A stretch of 63,642 nucleotides of DNA, counting the filler, from Nemertoderma westbladi (lineage: Eukaryota > Animalia > Xenacoelomorpha): NCBI GenBank assembly GCA_032718475.1. It is 3 parts of 3 records of this genome, joined end to end, with 100 filler letters (N's around TTAATTAATTAA, not from the genome) between each part and the next. Parts side by side here need not be neighbours in the genome. Positions count along the whole stretch, not along the records: positions 1 to 25,394 come from JAUCBJ010005939.1; 2 more parts are not named here. One strand, 5' to 3'. This document shows, piece after piece, positions 11,339-22,152 of this stretch (positions are counted from its first letter, which is position 1; each line of letters begins with the position of its first letter). The notes beneath the pieces were generated by a model. It was not told the origin of the DNA. It did no database searches and saw only the letters and a list, made by a program, of their open reading frames with translations. A program made the position numbers and the translations under genes.

Positions 11339-14029
11339 ATGTATTTGGTGTCCTGTAAAGGCCACCCCGGGGCCCTCAAGGTTCTAATAGCGGCCGAGTT
11401 GGCCAACCAGTCGGTTCAAGTTGATTGGCTAGAAGGTCCCGGTCACCGTGGCAACCTGAAACTCCGGGTGGATGGCGAGGTAATCTCCAGTAGCAACGCG
11501 GCTGTTCGGCTGTTACTGTCCGCGACTGGTGACGTCATTACCGACGACCTGCTGGAATGGGAGGCGGTTAATCTGTCGCCGGCAGTCCATCATTACGTCA
11601 CGGAATCATCGACCGCTAGAGGCGTATGTGCTGATACGGAGTCCCGACTTACTAACCTACTGACCGAGTTAGACTGTAGACTGTCCGCGTCCGGCCCCCT
11701 AGGTGTCCCTCTACCGGCCGCCACCGCGGTTCTCTGGCCGACTTTATTACCTCTGATCCATACGCCCTCTAGCGTTATCAACTGGAACGACTTCCCCGCC
11801 GTGTTGCCATGGTTTCGTTCTGTAGAAGCGAACGCGGCGATTAGCCGCGCCGTTTCTATGGTAACCGACGGTAACTCGGACGTAGTAACGCGGTGGTTGC
11901 TAATGGCGACGCCCAATCGGCTTCCCCCCATCGTGGCGGGGGTCGGTTCCCTAGCGACAGCCAATGAGCGCCGCGCCGCCGCGTTATCGGCGTGGGACTC
12001 CCCCGTAGCGCCCCCCAGCGACGGCCCCGCGCATCCCATCCTCCCGCGCCCAGACACTCGTAACGTCCTCGTCACCAGCGCGCTTCCCTACGTTAACAAC
12101 ATCCCGCACCTCGGCAACATAATCGGCTGCGTGCTGAGCGCGGACGCGTTCGCGCGGTACGCGCGGCTGCGCGGCTACACCACGCTCTACGTGTGCGGCA
12201 CCGACGAGTACGGGACGGCGACCGAGACCCGCGCCATCGCCGAGGGTCTCACCCCCGAGGCCGTCTGCCGGAAGTACGGCGCGCTGCACCGCGAGGTCTA
12301 CCGCTGGTTCCGGATCGCCTTCGACCACTTCGGTCGGACCTCCACGGCCTCCCAGACGGCCATCTCGCAGGGGATCTTCTGGAAGCTGCGGTCCCGCGGG
12401 TTCGTTACCGAGGCGGCCGTGGAGCAGCTGCGGTGCGGCGGCTGTCGGCGGTTCCTCGCGGACCGATTCGTCGAGGGCGTCTGTCCCAACTGCGGCTACC
12501 CGGACGCCCGGGGCGACCAGTGCGACAAGTGCGGCCGACTCATAAACGCGGTCGAGTTGAAGCAGCCGCGCTGCAAGTTGTGTTCTAGAACGCCGACGGT
12601 TGAGTCGTCGGACCATCTGTTTATCGATCTGAGTTCGTTGGAGGGTCGACTCGTGGACTGGTTCGAGGGCTCCTCGTCCCGCGGGATGTGGAGCAACAAC
12701 GCGAAGATGATAACGCGATCGTGGCTGAGTGAGGGGCTGAAACCGCGGTGCATCACTCGGGATCTCGTGTGGGGGACTCCGTGTCCGCTGCCCGGATACA
12801 CCGAGAAGGTGTTCTACGTGTGGTTCGACGCTCCCATCGGGTACATCTCCATCACGGCGGAGTACACGGAGGAGTGGCGACGGTGGTGGATGAACCCCGA
12901 GCAGGTCGAACTGTTTAACTTTATGGCCAAGGATAACGTCCCGTTCCATTCGGTTGTCTTCCCTTCCTGTCTCCTCGGCACCGGGGATTCCTACACCCTC
13001 GTCAACCATCTAGTCGCTACCGAATACCTCAACTACGAGGACGGGAAGTTCTCGAAGAGTCGAGGTGTCGGCGTCTTCGGTACCGATGCGATGGACACCG
13101 GGATCCCCGCCGACATCTACCGGTTCTATTTACTCGCGATTCGGCCCGAGAAACAGGATTCCTCCTTCAGTTGGGAGGATTTAGCGGCGAAAAACAACAC
13201 GGAACTTCTAAACAATCTCGGGAACTTCATTAATCGGAGTCTCTCGTTCCTCTATAACTCGTTCTCGGCGACTCTCGACGACGTTGAACTCGTCGAGGAA
13301 GATATCGATTTTATCGTCGGAGTGAACGCGGAACTGGCGGTTTATTTGGAGCTGATGGAGCGAGTTAAACTGCGGGATGGGTTGAGGGTCGTTCTCAGTG
13401 TGTCGAAGCTCGGCAACCAGTACCTACAGTCGGTACAGCCCTGGAAGTTAATGAAGTCGGAAACGGAGCGCGGGCGGGCGCGGTCCGCTGTCAGTCTGTC
13501 GGTCCATCTCGTCTATCTTCTGTCCGTTATGGTGAGTCCGTTCATGCCGGACACTTCGGATGAGATACAACGACAGCTGAACGCGACCGCGATGAGCGAC
13601 AGACTGCCGACTATGTTCCAGAAGGTTCTCCCGACGGGACATCGAATCGGTAAACCGAGGCCGTTGTTCGATAAGATTGAGGATGAGGATGTTGGGAGGT
13701 TGACGGGACGGTTCGGGGGTGCGGGAGAGCCGGAGGGGAAGGAGGTTGGTGTAACTCCGGTTAACCAAGTCGCTAACGTCGATATAGAGTCGCTAACTCT
13801 CGGAGATACACTGGAGGAACTTACCGACCGCGTTACGGGCCAGGGAAATAAAGTTCGGGAGATGAAAGCGAATAAATCGTCTAAGGAAGATGTAGACGCG
13901 GAGGTCGTTGTACTGAAGGCGCTTAAAGAACGTCTAGCGGCTCTGAAACCGCCAACGACGACAGATAATCCGGTTGAAGGGGTTGGGGGAGGAAAGAGTA
14001 AGAAAAAACACAAGAAGCATAAAAAGTAG
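11339..14029 (+). CDS. MARS1: Cytoplasmic methionyl-tRNA synthetase, intronless (GST-like N-terminus, class I core, anticodon-binding domain, WHEP, Lys-rich tail)
   Basis: 896-aa ORF with TSALPYVNNIPHLGN (HIGH), zinc-knuckle CxxC pairs, YVWFDAPIGY, KFSKS (KMSKS), NNLGNFINR and a C-terminal WHEP (QGNKVREMKA...AEV..LKALK). Confidence 0.98.
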   Translation: MYLVSCKGHPGALKVLIAAELANQSVQVDWLEGPGHRGNLKLRVDGEVISSSNAAVRLLLSATGDVITDDLLEWEAVNLSPAVHHYVTESSTARGVCADTESRLTNLLTELDCRLSASGPLGVPLPAATAVLWPTLLPLIHTPSSVINWNDFPAVLPWFRSVEANAAISRAVSMVTDGNSDVVTRWLLMATPNRLPPIVAGVGSLATANERRAAALSAWDSPVAPPSDGPAHPILPRPDTRNVLVTSALPYVNNIPHLGNIIGCVLSADAFARYARLRGYTTLYVCGTDEYGTATETRAIAEGLTPEAVCRKYGALHREVYRWFRIAFDHFGRTSTASQTAISQGIFWKLRSRGFVTEAAVEQLRCGGCRRFLADRFVEGVCPNCGYPDARGDQCDKCGRLINAVELKQPRCKLCSRTPTVESSDHLFIDLSSLEGRLVDWFEGSSSRGMWSNNAKMITRSWLSEGLKPRCITRDLVWGTPCPLPGYTEKVFYVWFDAPIGYISITAEYTEEWRRWWMNPEQVELFNFMAKDNVPFHSVVFPSCLLGTGDSYTLVNHLVATEYLNYEDGKFSKSRGVGVFGTDAMDTGIPADIYRFYLLAIRPEKQDSSFSWEDLAAKNNTELLNNLGNFINRSLSFLYNSFSATLDDVELVEEDIDFIVGVNAELAVYLELMERVKLRDGLRVVLSVSKLGNQYLQSVQPWKLMKSETERGRARSAVSLSVHLVYLLSVMVSPFMPDTSDEIQRQLNATAMSDRLPTMFQKVLPTGHRIGKPRPLFDKIEDEDVGRLTGRFGGAGEPEGKEVGVTPVNQVANVDIESLTLGDTLEELTDRVTGQGNKVREMKANKSSKEDVDAEVVVLKALKERLAALKPPTTTDNPVEGVGGGKSKKKHKKHKK

Positions 14030-14161
14030 CAGTTTATTCATTTAGCCGTCGCCGTTGTTTTATTGTGTTTTAGGTTGAACAATATTTCTTGTGTAACAGT
14101 TTTTCCTCCATTTGGTGTGAATTGTGTGTATCACTTGGTATTGATATTGTTATGAATTATT

Positions 14162-14167
14162 AATAAA
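14162..14167 (+). promoter_or_regulatory. Candidate polyadenylation signal for the MARS1 (and NXT) transcript
   Basis: AATAAA about 130 nt after the MetRS stop, followed by T/GT-rich sequence. Confidence 0.55.
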
Positions 14168-14348
14168 TATTTTGCAATGTTACTAAAGTTTTAAACCATA
14201 TTGTTTATTGTTCGGTCTCGCGGTTACAACTTATCCCAAATATAATATATTAACTTTCCGTTTGGTTTTCCAATGCTATTTATTATTAATATTAAAGTTA
14301 ATTAATTATTTATTAACTAAACACTAGCTACGCTATTACGCTCAAGTA

Positions 14349-15256
14349 AACAACGAGTTGGAATCCCGCCGGATCTCCTTGTTCTACTTATACGGTGGGG
14401 TCCTATAGGGTTTCTGGAATCCCGCCGGGTCTCCTTGTTCTACTTATACGGTGGGGTCCTATAGGGTTTCTGGAATCCCGCCGGGTCTCCTTGTTCTACT
14501 TATACGGTGGGGTCCTATAGGGTTTCTGGAATCCCGCCGGGTCTCCTTGTTCTACTTATACGGTGGGGTCCTATAGGGTTTCTGGAATCCCGCCGGGTCT
14601 CCTTGTTCTACTTATACGGTGGGGTCCTATAGGGTTTCTGGAATCCCGCCGGGTCTCCTTGTTCTACTTATACGGTGGGGTCCTATAGGGTTTCTGGAAT
14701 CCCGCCGGGTCTCCTTGTTCTACTTATACGGTGGGGTCCTATAGGGTTTCTGGAATCCCGCCGGGTCTCCTTGTTCTACTTATACGGTGGGGTCCTATAA
14801 CAACGAGTTGGAATCCCGCCGGATCTCCTTGTTCTACTTATACGGTGGGGTCCTATAGGGTTTCTGGAATCCCGCCGGGTCTCCTTGTTCTACTTATACG
14901 GTGGGGTCCTATAGGGTTTCTGGAATCCCGCCGGGTCTCCTTGTTCTACTTATACGGTGGGGTCCTATAGGGTTTCTGGAATCCCGCCGGGTCTCCTTGT
15001 TCTACTTATACGGTGGGGTCCTATAGGGTTTCTGGAATCCCGCCGGGTCTCCTTGTTCTACTTATACGGTGGGGTCCTATAGGGTTTCTGGAATCCCGCC
15101 GGGTCTCCTTGTTCTACTTATACGGTGGGGTCCTATAGGGTTTCTGGAATCCCGCCGGGTCTCCTTGTTCTACTTATACGGTGGGGTCCTATAGGGTTTC
15201 TGGAATCCCGCCGGGTCTCCTTGTTCTACTTATACGGTGGGGTCCTATAGGGTTTC
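14349..15256. repeat. Homogeneous minisatellite, 56-bp unit (GGAATCCCGCCGGGTCTCCTTGTTCTACTTATACGGTGGGGTCCTATAGGGTTTCT), about 16 copies
   Basis: Near-identical units in two blocks, each opened by AACAACGAGTT (14349 and 14799). Confidence 0.97.
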
Positions 15257-15591
15257 GTTGAATTCGAAGACACTGAAGTTCCCGTTAATTATATACAGTT
15301 AATGATGGAAAATAAAGAATATTATTGAATTTTATCTCTGAAATATAATAATTATACTGATTTAACTGTAATGAATTGGATGTCTCGGGATGTAATTATT
15401 TATTTGTCGCAAAAAAATAAGAATATTTTTTTGCTTTAGGCGATTGTCAACCAGTTTATATTTGAAGCGGCTAACCAATTGGAGCATCAATCTGTTTTTT
15501 GTTCCAAGTAATCTTACATTTCTGAAGGTTTAAATATAAATATAATTATATAGCATCGCTCAGATGTAAAAACTTTTATATATAATATCTC

Positions 15592-15842
15592 CAGATAGGG
15601 GGGGTTGGGGGGGGGGGGGGGGGGGGGCCTGGACGCAATAAAAATTCATCCCTCTCCAGGGGAAATTGGACGCAAATAACAACTGATTACTCTCAAAAAT
15701 AAAACTGTAACCTGTTCTATTGTGTTTAGTTTATTGTTTTGGTTAAAATACTGTAACCTGTTCCTTTCCCTGAATTGAGAATATAACATTGAGGCGGGAT
15801 ATTAATTCGCCAAGATGGGATTTGTGTCCAGTTCCCCCCTGT
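15592..15842 (+). mobile_element. MITE family A, copy 1 (TIR about CAGGGGG-AACTGGACGCAAAT)
   Basis: Imperfect terminal inverted repeats; homologous to 24572-24755 (reverse) and 46304-46530. Confidence 0.8.
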
Positions 15843-16234
15843 TTCAATATCCCAGGACCCATGTTACATAAATATTCAGTTATTTATTTAACAACGCAAT
15901 TCTAATATCTTTAGGAGGCTCTATTTTTCTATTTAAATCGTTTCCAAAACAGCAAACCGTTTTTCAACAATTTAAACAATATTTACCCCGACTGGGGGTG
16001 TATCTTAAAAAAAAAACAATTTAAAGTCTTAGAAGAATAATAATAGCCGGGGATATGGCTGTTGATGATGGATTCATGATTCTAGTTGTCCAAGGAGTTA
16101 CAAGAGACTTGAAAGCGAAAATAAAATAACAATTCGTAATGAAACTATAATAATATGGCAATTAATTGCTTTATTAGTTTACCGAAAAAATTCAAGTAAA
16201 ACTTTTTTGAAAATGTAAATATTTCCAAAGATTT

Positions 16235-16316
16235 TGTTCCAGTGTAGGCCCAGTTTGTTCCAGTGTAGGCCCAGTTTGTTCCAGTGTAGGCCCAGTTTGT
16301 TCCAGTGTAGGCCCAG
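16235..16316. repeat. 21-bp tandem repeat x4 (TTGTTCCAGTGTAGGCCCAGT)
   Basis: Visible units. Confidence 0.9.
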
Positions 16317-17107
16317 GTATTTCTATTTCATTTACACAATATTACTTGTAGTTTTTCTACTGATGTAGTTTTTCTACTGATTAGGTTATTCCTCCAACGC
16401 ATTATTGAAGTAACACATGGTGTTGGCATTACAATATAAATTAACGAATTATAGCTTAATGTGTCTACATACATACGTACATTGTATTATAAGTTCATAA
16501 TTTAATATAAATTGTTAATTAATCTTAATTAATTAGAATTCAGAAAGTTGCTAGTTAGCCATATTATATCTGAATCATATTGTGCATCGCATTACTAGCG
16601 TTAAAAAAACCTCGTTTACCCCAAACTGAACCTCACATTTTTGTGTCTCTGGACCCTAAAATTGGGTGAAAATTATTTTTTGTGTTTCTAAACATCGTCT
16701 GGACTGAATGAGAATAACCAAACCAAATATTTTTAAAAATTGGCCCCAAAATGGCTCAGCAATGACCAAAAGTGCCTTTTTATATGCCAAGGGCTATTTC
16801 TCTACCGATATTTGTTGAAATTTGTCAAAATTTGGTATAATATAAGTTCAGAAGAACCCTGCATCCAATTCTTCTGAACAAATTTTGCCTCAAATGCTCA
16901 GGAGCCTTTTTAGAACAAAAAAGCACAAAAAAGAGCTTTTTGATATAAAAAGGCTCCAGGGCATTTCCAACCAAATTTGTTCAGAAGAAGTATGGAGAAA
17001 GGTATTCTTAACAAGTGTACCAAATTTCAACTCATTTCAGTTAATATTGGCGGAGAAATAGCCTTTTTCATGAAAAAACGTCATTCTGAGATAAGGGTGT
17101 TTAAAGT

Positions 17108-18075
17108 TTAACCCTATTAAAAACCCGGGGGGGGGGGGTGGAGTCAATATGAACCCCCGTGGTTATTTTATTATAATTCTGAAACAAACGCAGTTGGGAA
17201 TCTGAAATTTGATGACTTTTCCTAAAAATCCTTTGTCTTCCTAGAAATGAAAACCGTTTTCAAAAATATTGGGTAATTTATGAGTTATAGCACCATTTGT
17301 TAACCCTACTTTTGACACTTTTTTTTGAGAATTACGTTTTCTGAAAATTACATTTCATTAAATATGAATTGTAACATCTCTATTTTTGATTTACACCGGT
17401 TTTTTGGTGTTAGCAATTGGATGGAATATAAATTGGTTTAGAAATTTCAAACTTGTTTTTTTGGGCGGTTGCCAAATTTTGGTGCCAGCACCAAATTTTG
17501 AAATATGTCAATTTTGTAAATTGATTGTTTGAAACTTGTTTTGTACGCAATTGGGCTTTTTTTGGCTTCTGGTTTCGATGAAATATATACGAGTTGCACC
17601 AAGCGTATCAAACTTGTATTTTGCTGTATGCAAATTTTGGTGCTAGCACGAAATTTTGAAAATCCATTCAATAGATAAAATTGCTTGTGACAATTTATTT
17701 CTTGCGTTTTAGAGGTTTATGGCTGTTCTGAATTCAATGGAATATATAATTATCGAACTAGACATCTCAAACTTGTATTTTTCGGAAGTGGGTGCAAAAG
17801 TGGTGCTAGCACCAAATTTTGAAAACCATCAAATATATCAATAGATTGTGTCACCTTGTTTTTTGCGTTATACGGGTTTTTGAGGGTTCTGAATTCAATG
17901 GAATCAGTAAAAATTTCATAAGAGTTTTCAAACTTGTATTTTTCGCCGGTGGGTGAAAATTATTGTGCCAGCACCAAATTTTGGAAAATAAGCAAATTGA
18001 TCAGGAGATAGTTTCATCTTGTTTCTTGCGTTATACGGGTTTATGATGGTCCTGAATACAATGGAATCAATAAAA
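17108..18075. mobile_element. Probable non-autonomous DNA transposon remnant with internal ~160-bp diverged tandem units
   Basis: Starts TTAACCCT...poly-G (a similar start lies near 48223); units at about 17446, 17607, 17766 and 17926 each carry TCAAACTTGT and a GGTGCYAGCACC-type inverted motif. Confidence 0.5.
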
Positions 18076-18083
18076 ACTTTTGT

Positions 18084-21000
18084 AATACTTTTTTCTTTGA
18101 TCCAGTTAGCTATCGGTTATTGTTTGTATTACATTTTTCTTTGATCCAGTTAGCTGTATGTTATTGTTTGTATTACTTTTTTTTTGATCCAGTTAGCTGT
18201 CTGTTATTGTTTGTATTACTTTTTCTTTGATCCAGTTAGCTGTCTGTTATTGTTTGTATTACTTTTTTTTTGATCCAGTTAGCTGTCTGTTATTGTTTGT
18301 ATTACTTTTTCTTTGATCCAGTTAGCTGTCTGTTATTGTTTGTATTACTTTTTCTTTGATCCAGTTAGCTGTCTGTTATTGTTTGTATTACTTTTTTTTT
18401 GATCCAGTTAGCTGTATGTTATTGTTTGTATTACTTTTTTTTTGATCCAGTTAGCTGTCTATTATTGTTTGTATTACTTTTTCTTTGATCCAGTTAGCTG
18501 TCTGTTATTGTTTGTATTACTTTTTCTTTGATCCAGTTAGCTGTCTGTTATTGTTTGTATTACTTTTTCTTTGATCCAGTTAGCTGTCTGTTATTGTTTG
18601 TATTACTTTTTCTTTGATCCAGTTAGCTGTCTGTTATGGTTTGTATTTACTGTTTTTTGATCCAGTTAGCTATCTGTTATTGTTTGTATTACTTTTTCTT
18701 TGATCCAGTTAGCTGTCTGTTATTGTTTGTATTACTTTTTATTTGATCCAGTTAGCTATCTGTTATTGTTTGTATTACTTTTTTATTTGATCCAGTTAGC
18801 TATCAGTTATTGTTTGTATTACTTTTTATTTGATCCAGTTAGCTATCTGTTATTGTTTGTATTACTTTTTTATTTGATCCAGTTAGCTATCAGTTATTGT
18901 TTGTATTACTTTTTCTTTGATCCAGTTAGCTATCGGTTATTGTTTGTATTACTTTTTTTTTGATCCAGTTAGCTGTATGTTATTGTTTGTATTACTTTTT
19001 TTTTGATCCAGTTAGCTGTCTATTATTGTTTGTATTACTTTTTCTTTGATCCAGTTAGCTGTCTGTTATTGTTTGTATTACTTTTTCTTTGATCCAGTTA
19101 GCTGTCTGTTATTGTTTGTATTACTTTTTCTTTGATCCAGTTAGCTGTCTGTTATTGTTTGTATTACTTTTTCTTTGATCCAGTTAGCTATCTGTAATGG
19201 TTTGTATTTACTGTTTTTTGATCCAGTTAGCTATCTGTTATTGTTTGTATTACTTTTTCTTTGATCCAGTTAGCTGTCTGTTATTGTTTGTATTACTTTT
19301 TCTTTGATCCAGTTAGCTGTCTGTTATGGTTTGTATTTACTGTTTTTTGATCCAGTTAGCTATCTGTTATTGTTTGTATTACTTTTTCTTTGATCCAGTT
19401 AGCTGTCTGTTATTGTTTGTATTACTTTTTATTTGATCCAGTTAGCTATCTGTTATTGTTTGTATTACTTTTTTATTTGATCCAGTTAGCTATCAGTTAT
19501 TGTTTGTATTACTTTTTCTTTGATCCAGTTAGCTATCGGTTATTGTTTGTATTACTTTTTCTTTGATCCAGTTAGCTGTCTGTTATTGTTTGTATTACTT
19601 TTTCTTTGATCCAGTTAGCTGTCTGTTATTGTTTGTATTACTTTTTTTTTGATCCAGTTAGCTATCTGTTATTGTTTGTATTACTTTTTCTTTGATCCAG
19701 TTAGCTGTCTGTTATTGTTTGTATTACTTTTTATTTGATCCAGTTAGCTATCTGTTATTGTTTGTATTACTTTTTTATTTGATCCAGTTAGCTGTCTGTT
19801 ATTGTTTGTATTACTTTTTCTTTGATCCAGTTAGCTGTCGGTTATTGTTTGTATTACTTTTTCTTTGATCCAGTTAGCTGTCTGTTATTGTTTGTATTAC
19901 TTTTTCTTTGATCCAGTTAGCTGTCTGTTATTGTTTGTATTACTTTTTTTTTGATCCAGTTAGCTGTCTGTTATTGTTTGTATTACTTTTTCTTTGATCC
20001 AGTTAGCTGTCTGTTATTGTTTGTATTACTTTTTCTTTGATCCAGTTAGCTGTCTGTTATTGTTTGTATTACTTTTTCTTTGATCCAGTTAGCTGTCTGT
20101 TATTGTTTGTATTACTTTTTCTTTGATCCAGTTAGCTGTCTGTTATTGTTTGTATTACTTTTTCTTTGATCCAGTTAGCTATCTGTTATGGTTTGTATTT
20201 ACTGTTTTTTGATCCAGTTAGCTATCTGTTATTGTTTGTATTACTTTTTCTTTGATCCAGTTAGCTGTCTGTTATTGTTTGTATTACTTTTTCTTTGATC
20301 CAGTTAGCTGTCTGTTATGGTTTGTATTTACTGTTTTTTGATCCAGTTAGCTGTCTGTTATTGTTTGTATTACTTTTTCTTTGATCCAGTTAGCTGTCTG
20401 TTATTGTTTGTATTACTTTTTCTTTGATCCAGTTAGCTATCTGTTATTGTTTCTATTACTTTTTTATTTGATCCAGTTAGCTATCAGTTATTGTTTGTAT
20501 TACTTTTTCTTTGATCCAGTTAGCTGTCTGTTATTGTTTGTATTACTTTTTCTTTGATCCAGTTAGCTGTCTGTTATGGTTTGTATTTACTGTTTTTTGA
20601 TCCAGTTAGCTGTCTGTTATTGTTTGTATTACTTTTTCTTTGATCCAGTTAGCTGTCTGTTATTGTTTGTATTACTTTTTCTTTGATCCAGTTAGCTGTC
20701 TGTTATTGTTTGTATTACTTTTTCTTTGATCCAGTTAGCTGTCTGTTATGGTTTGTATTTACTGTTTTTTGATCCAGTTAGCTGTCTGTTATTGTTTGTA
20801 TTACTTTTTCTTTGATCCAGTTAGCTGTCTGTTATGGTTTGTATTTACTGTTTTTTGATCCAGTTAGCTGTCTGTTATTGTTTGTATTACTTTTTCTTTG
20901 ATCCAGTTAGCTGTCTGTTATTGTTTGTATTACTTTTTCTTTGATCCAGTTAGCTGTCTGTTATGGTTTGTATTTACTGTTTTTTGATCCAGTTAGCTGT

Positions 21001-21096
21001 CTGTTATTGTTTGTATTACTTTTTCTTTGATCCAGTTAGCTGTCTGTTATTGTTTGTATTACTTTTTCTTTGATCCAGTTAGCTGTCTGTTATGGT
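18084..21096. repeat. Minisatellite, 43-bp unit (TTGATCCAGTTAGCTGTCTGTTATTGTTTGTATTACTTTTTCT), about 70 copies
   Basis: Visible tandem array ending immediately before the GNAT exon. Confidence 0.97.
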
Positions 21097-21139
21097 TTTT
21101 ATTAGTGATCATATCATATTCATTGCGTTCTGGAATACA

Positions 21140-21994
21140 ATGGATATAAAATATCGAGTAGCAACAATGAACGATGTTGAAGAGATTTTAGAGTTAATGA
21201 AGAATTCATTTGTTACAGAAGAGCCATTGTGTCGCAGTGTAGGTACTGAATTATTTATTGTATTATATAAGTGCGCCCTCAAGCGATACGAAAACGCACA
21301 ATTAAAAACATGACAACAATTGTGCTTCCCTTAGTTATATAAAACTAAGTATTAATTGTTATTGTCTAATTATCTGTGTAGTGATATCTCATCGAATGAT
21401 TTCTATTATGCTATAAATAATTTATATATTTTTAAATTATTATTTGTTTAAGATTTTACCATGGAAACCACCGATGAATTCGAGCCAATCAGGAGGACTA
21501 CTGAGGATTCAGTGCTAAGCAACTTATCACTGGTTGCCATAGACACGGATAAAAATAAAATAATTGGTTTCCGATTGTCGGGTTCGGTGGAGAAGAATGA
21601 AAAGAAATCTGAAGACGACGGTCCTCCTATACCGGATAACTTGGCGCAAATCTACGAATTATTCGCGTTTATGCGGAAAGATATCAACTTCTTCGAGCGA
21701 TTCGGGGTCGATAAAATATTAACTTTCTTTGCGTTGAACGTCGATTCAGGTTACTCTGGGAGGGGGGTGGGGACCTCGTTGTCTAGTAAGTCTATGGAGT
21801 TGGGGAGGGAGGCTGGGTGTGGCGCCGTAACTGTCGAGGCGTCTGGAATCGGCTCCCAAAGGATTTACGAGAAACTGGAATTCGAAGTTTTTAAGGAAGT
21901 TGTATATGAAGATTATAGAGGGGCGGACGGGGAGGTCATATTTGGGAAAACTGGGGAGAATTTGGTGTGGAAATTATTGGGGAAACGTTTGTGA
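21140..21994 (+). CDS. GNAT-family arylalkylamine/dopamine N-acetyltransferase-like protein, exons 21140-21242 and 21453-21994, about 214 aa
   Basis: G|gtactg...tttaag|AT phase-1 intron joins ORFs 21092 and 21461 in frame; F-x-x-EEPL motif, acetyl-CoA motif A (LNVDSGYSGRGVG) and motif B (SQRIYEKLEFE), as in invertebrate AANAT-like enzymes. Confidence 0.9.
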
Positions 21995-22152
21995 ATGTTG
22001 GTAACTGGAAATATATTTGTATTGAGAGGCGAACAATATTTCATGGGTGGGATGTAGAGAAGGTGGATAAGTTGTAGAGAATTTATAGACCCCCCCCCCC
22101 CCCCCCCCTTCTCATGCGACAGTACCACTATACAAGTTGAGGGCCACGTTCA

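Noticed and set aside
11593-14013. Antisense and alternate-frame ORFs over MetRS
   Set aside because: Expected shadows of GC-rich coding sequence.
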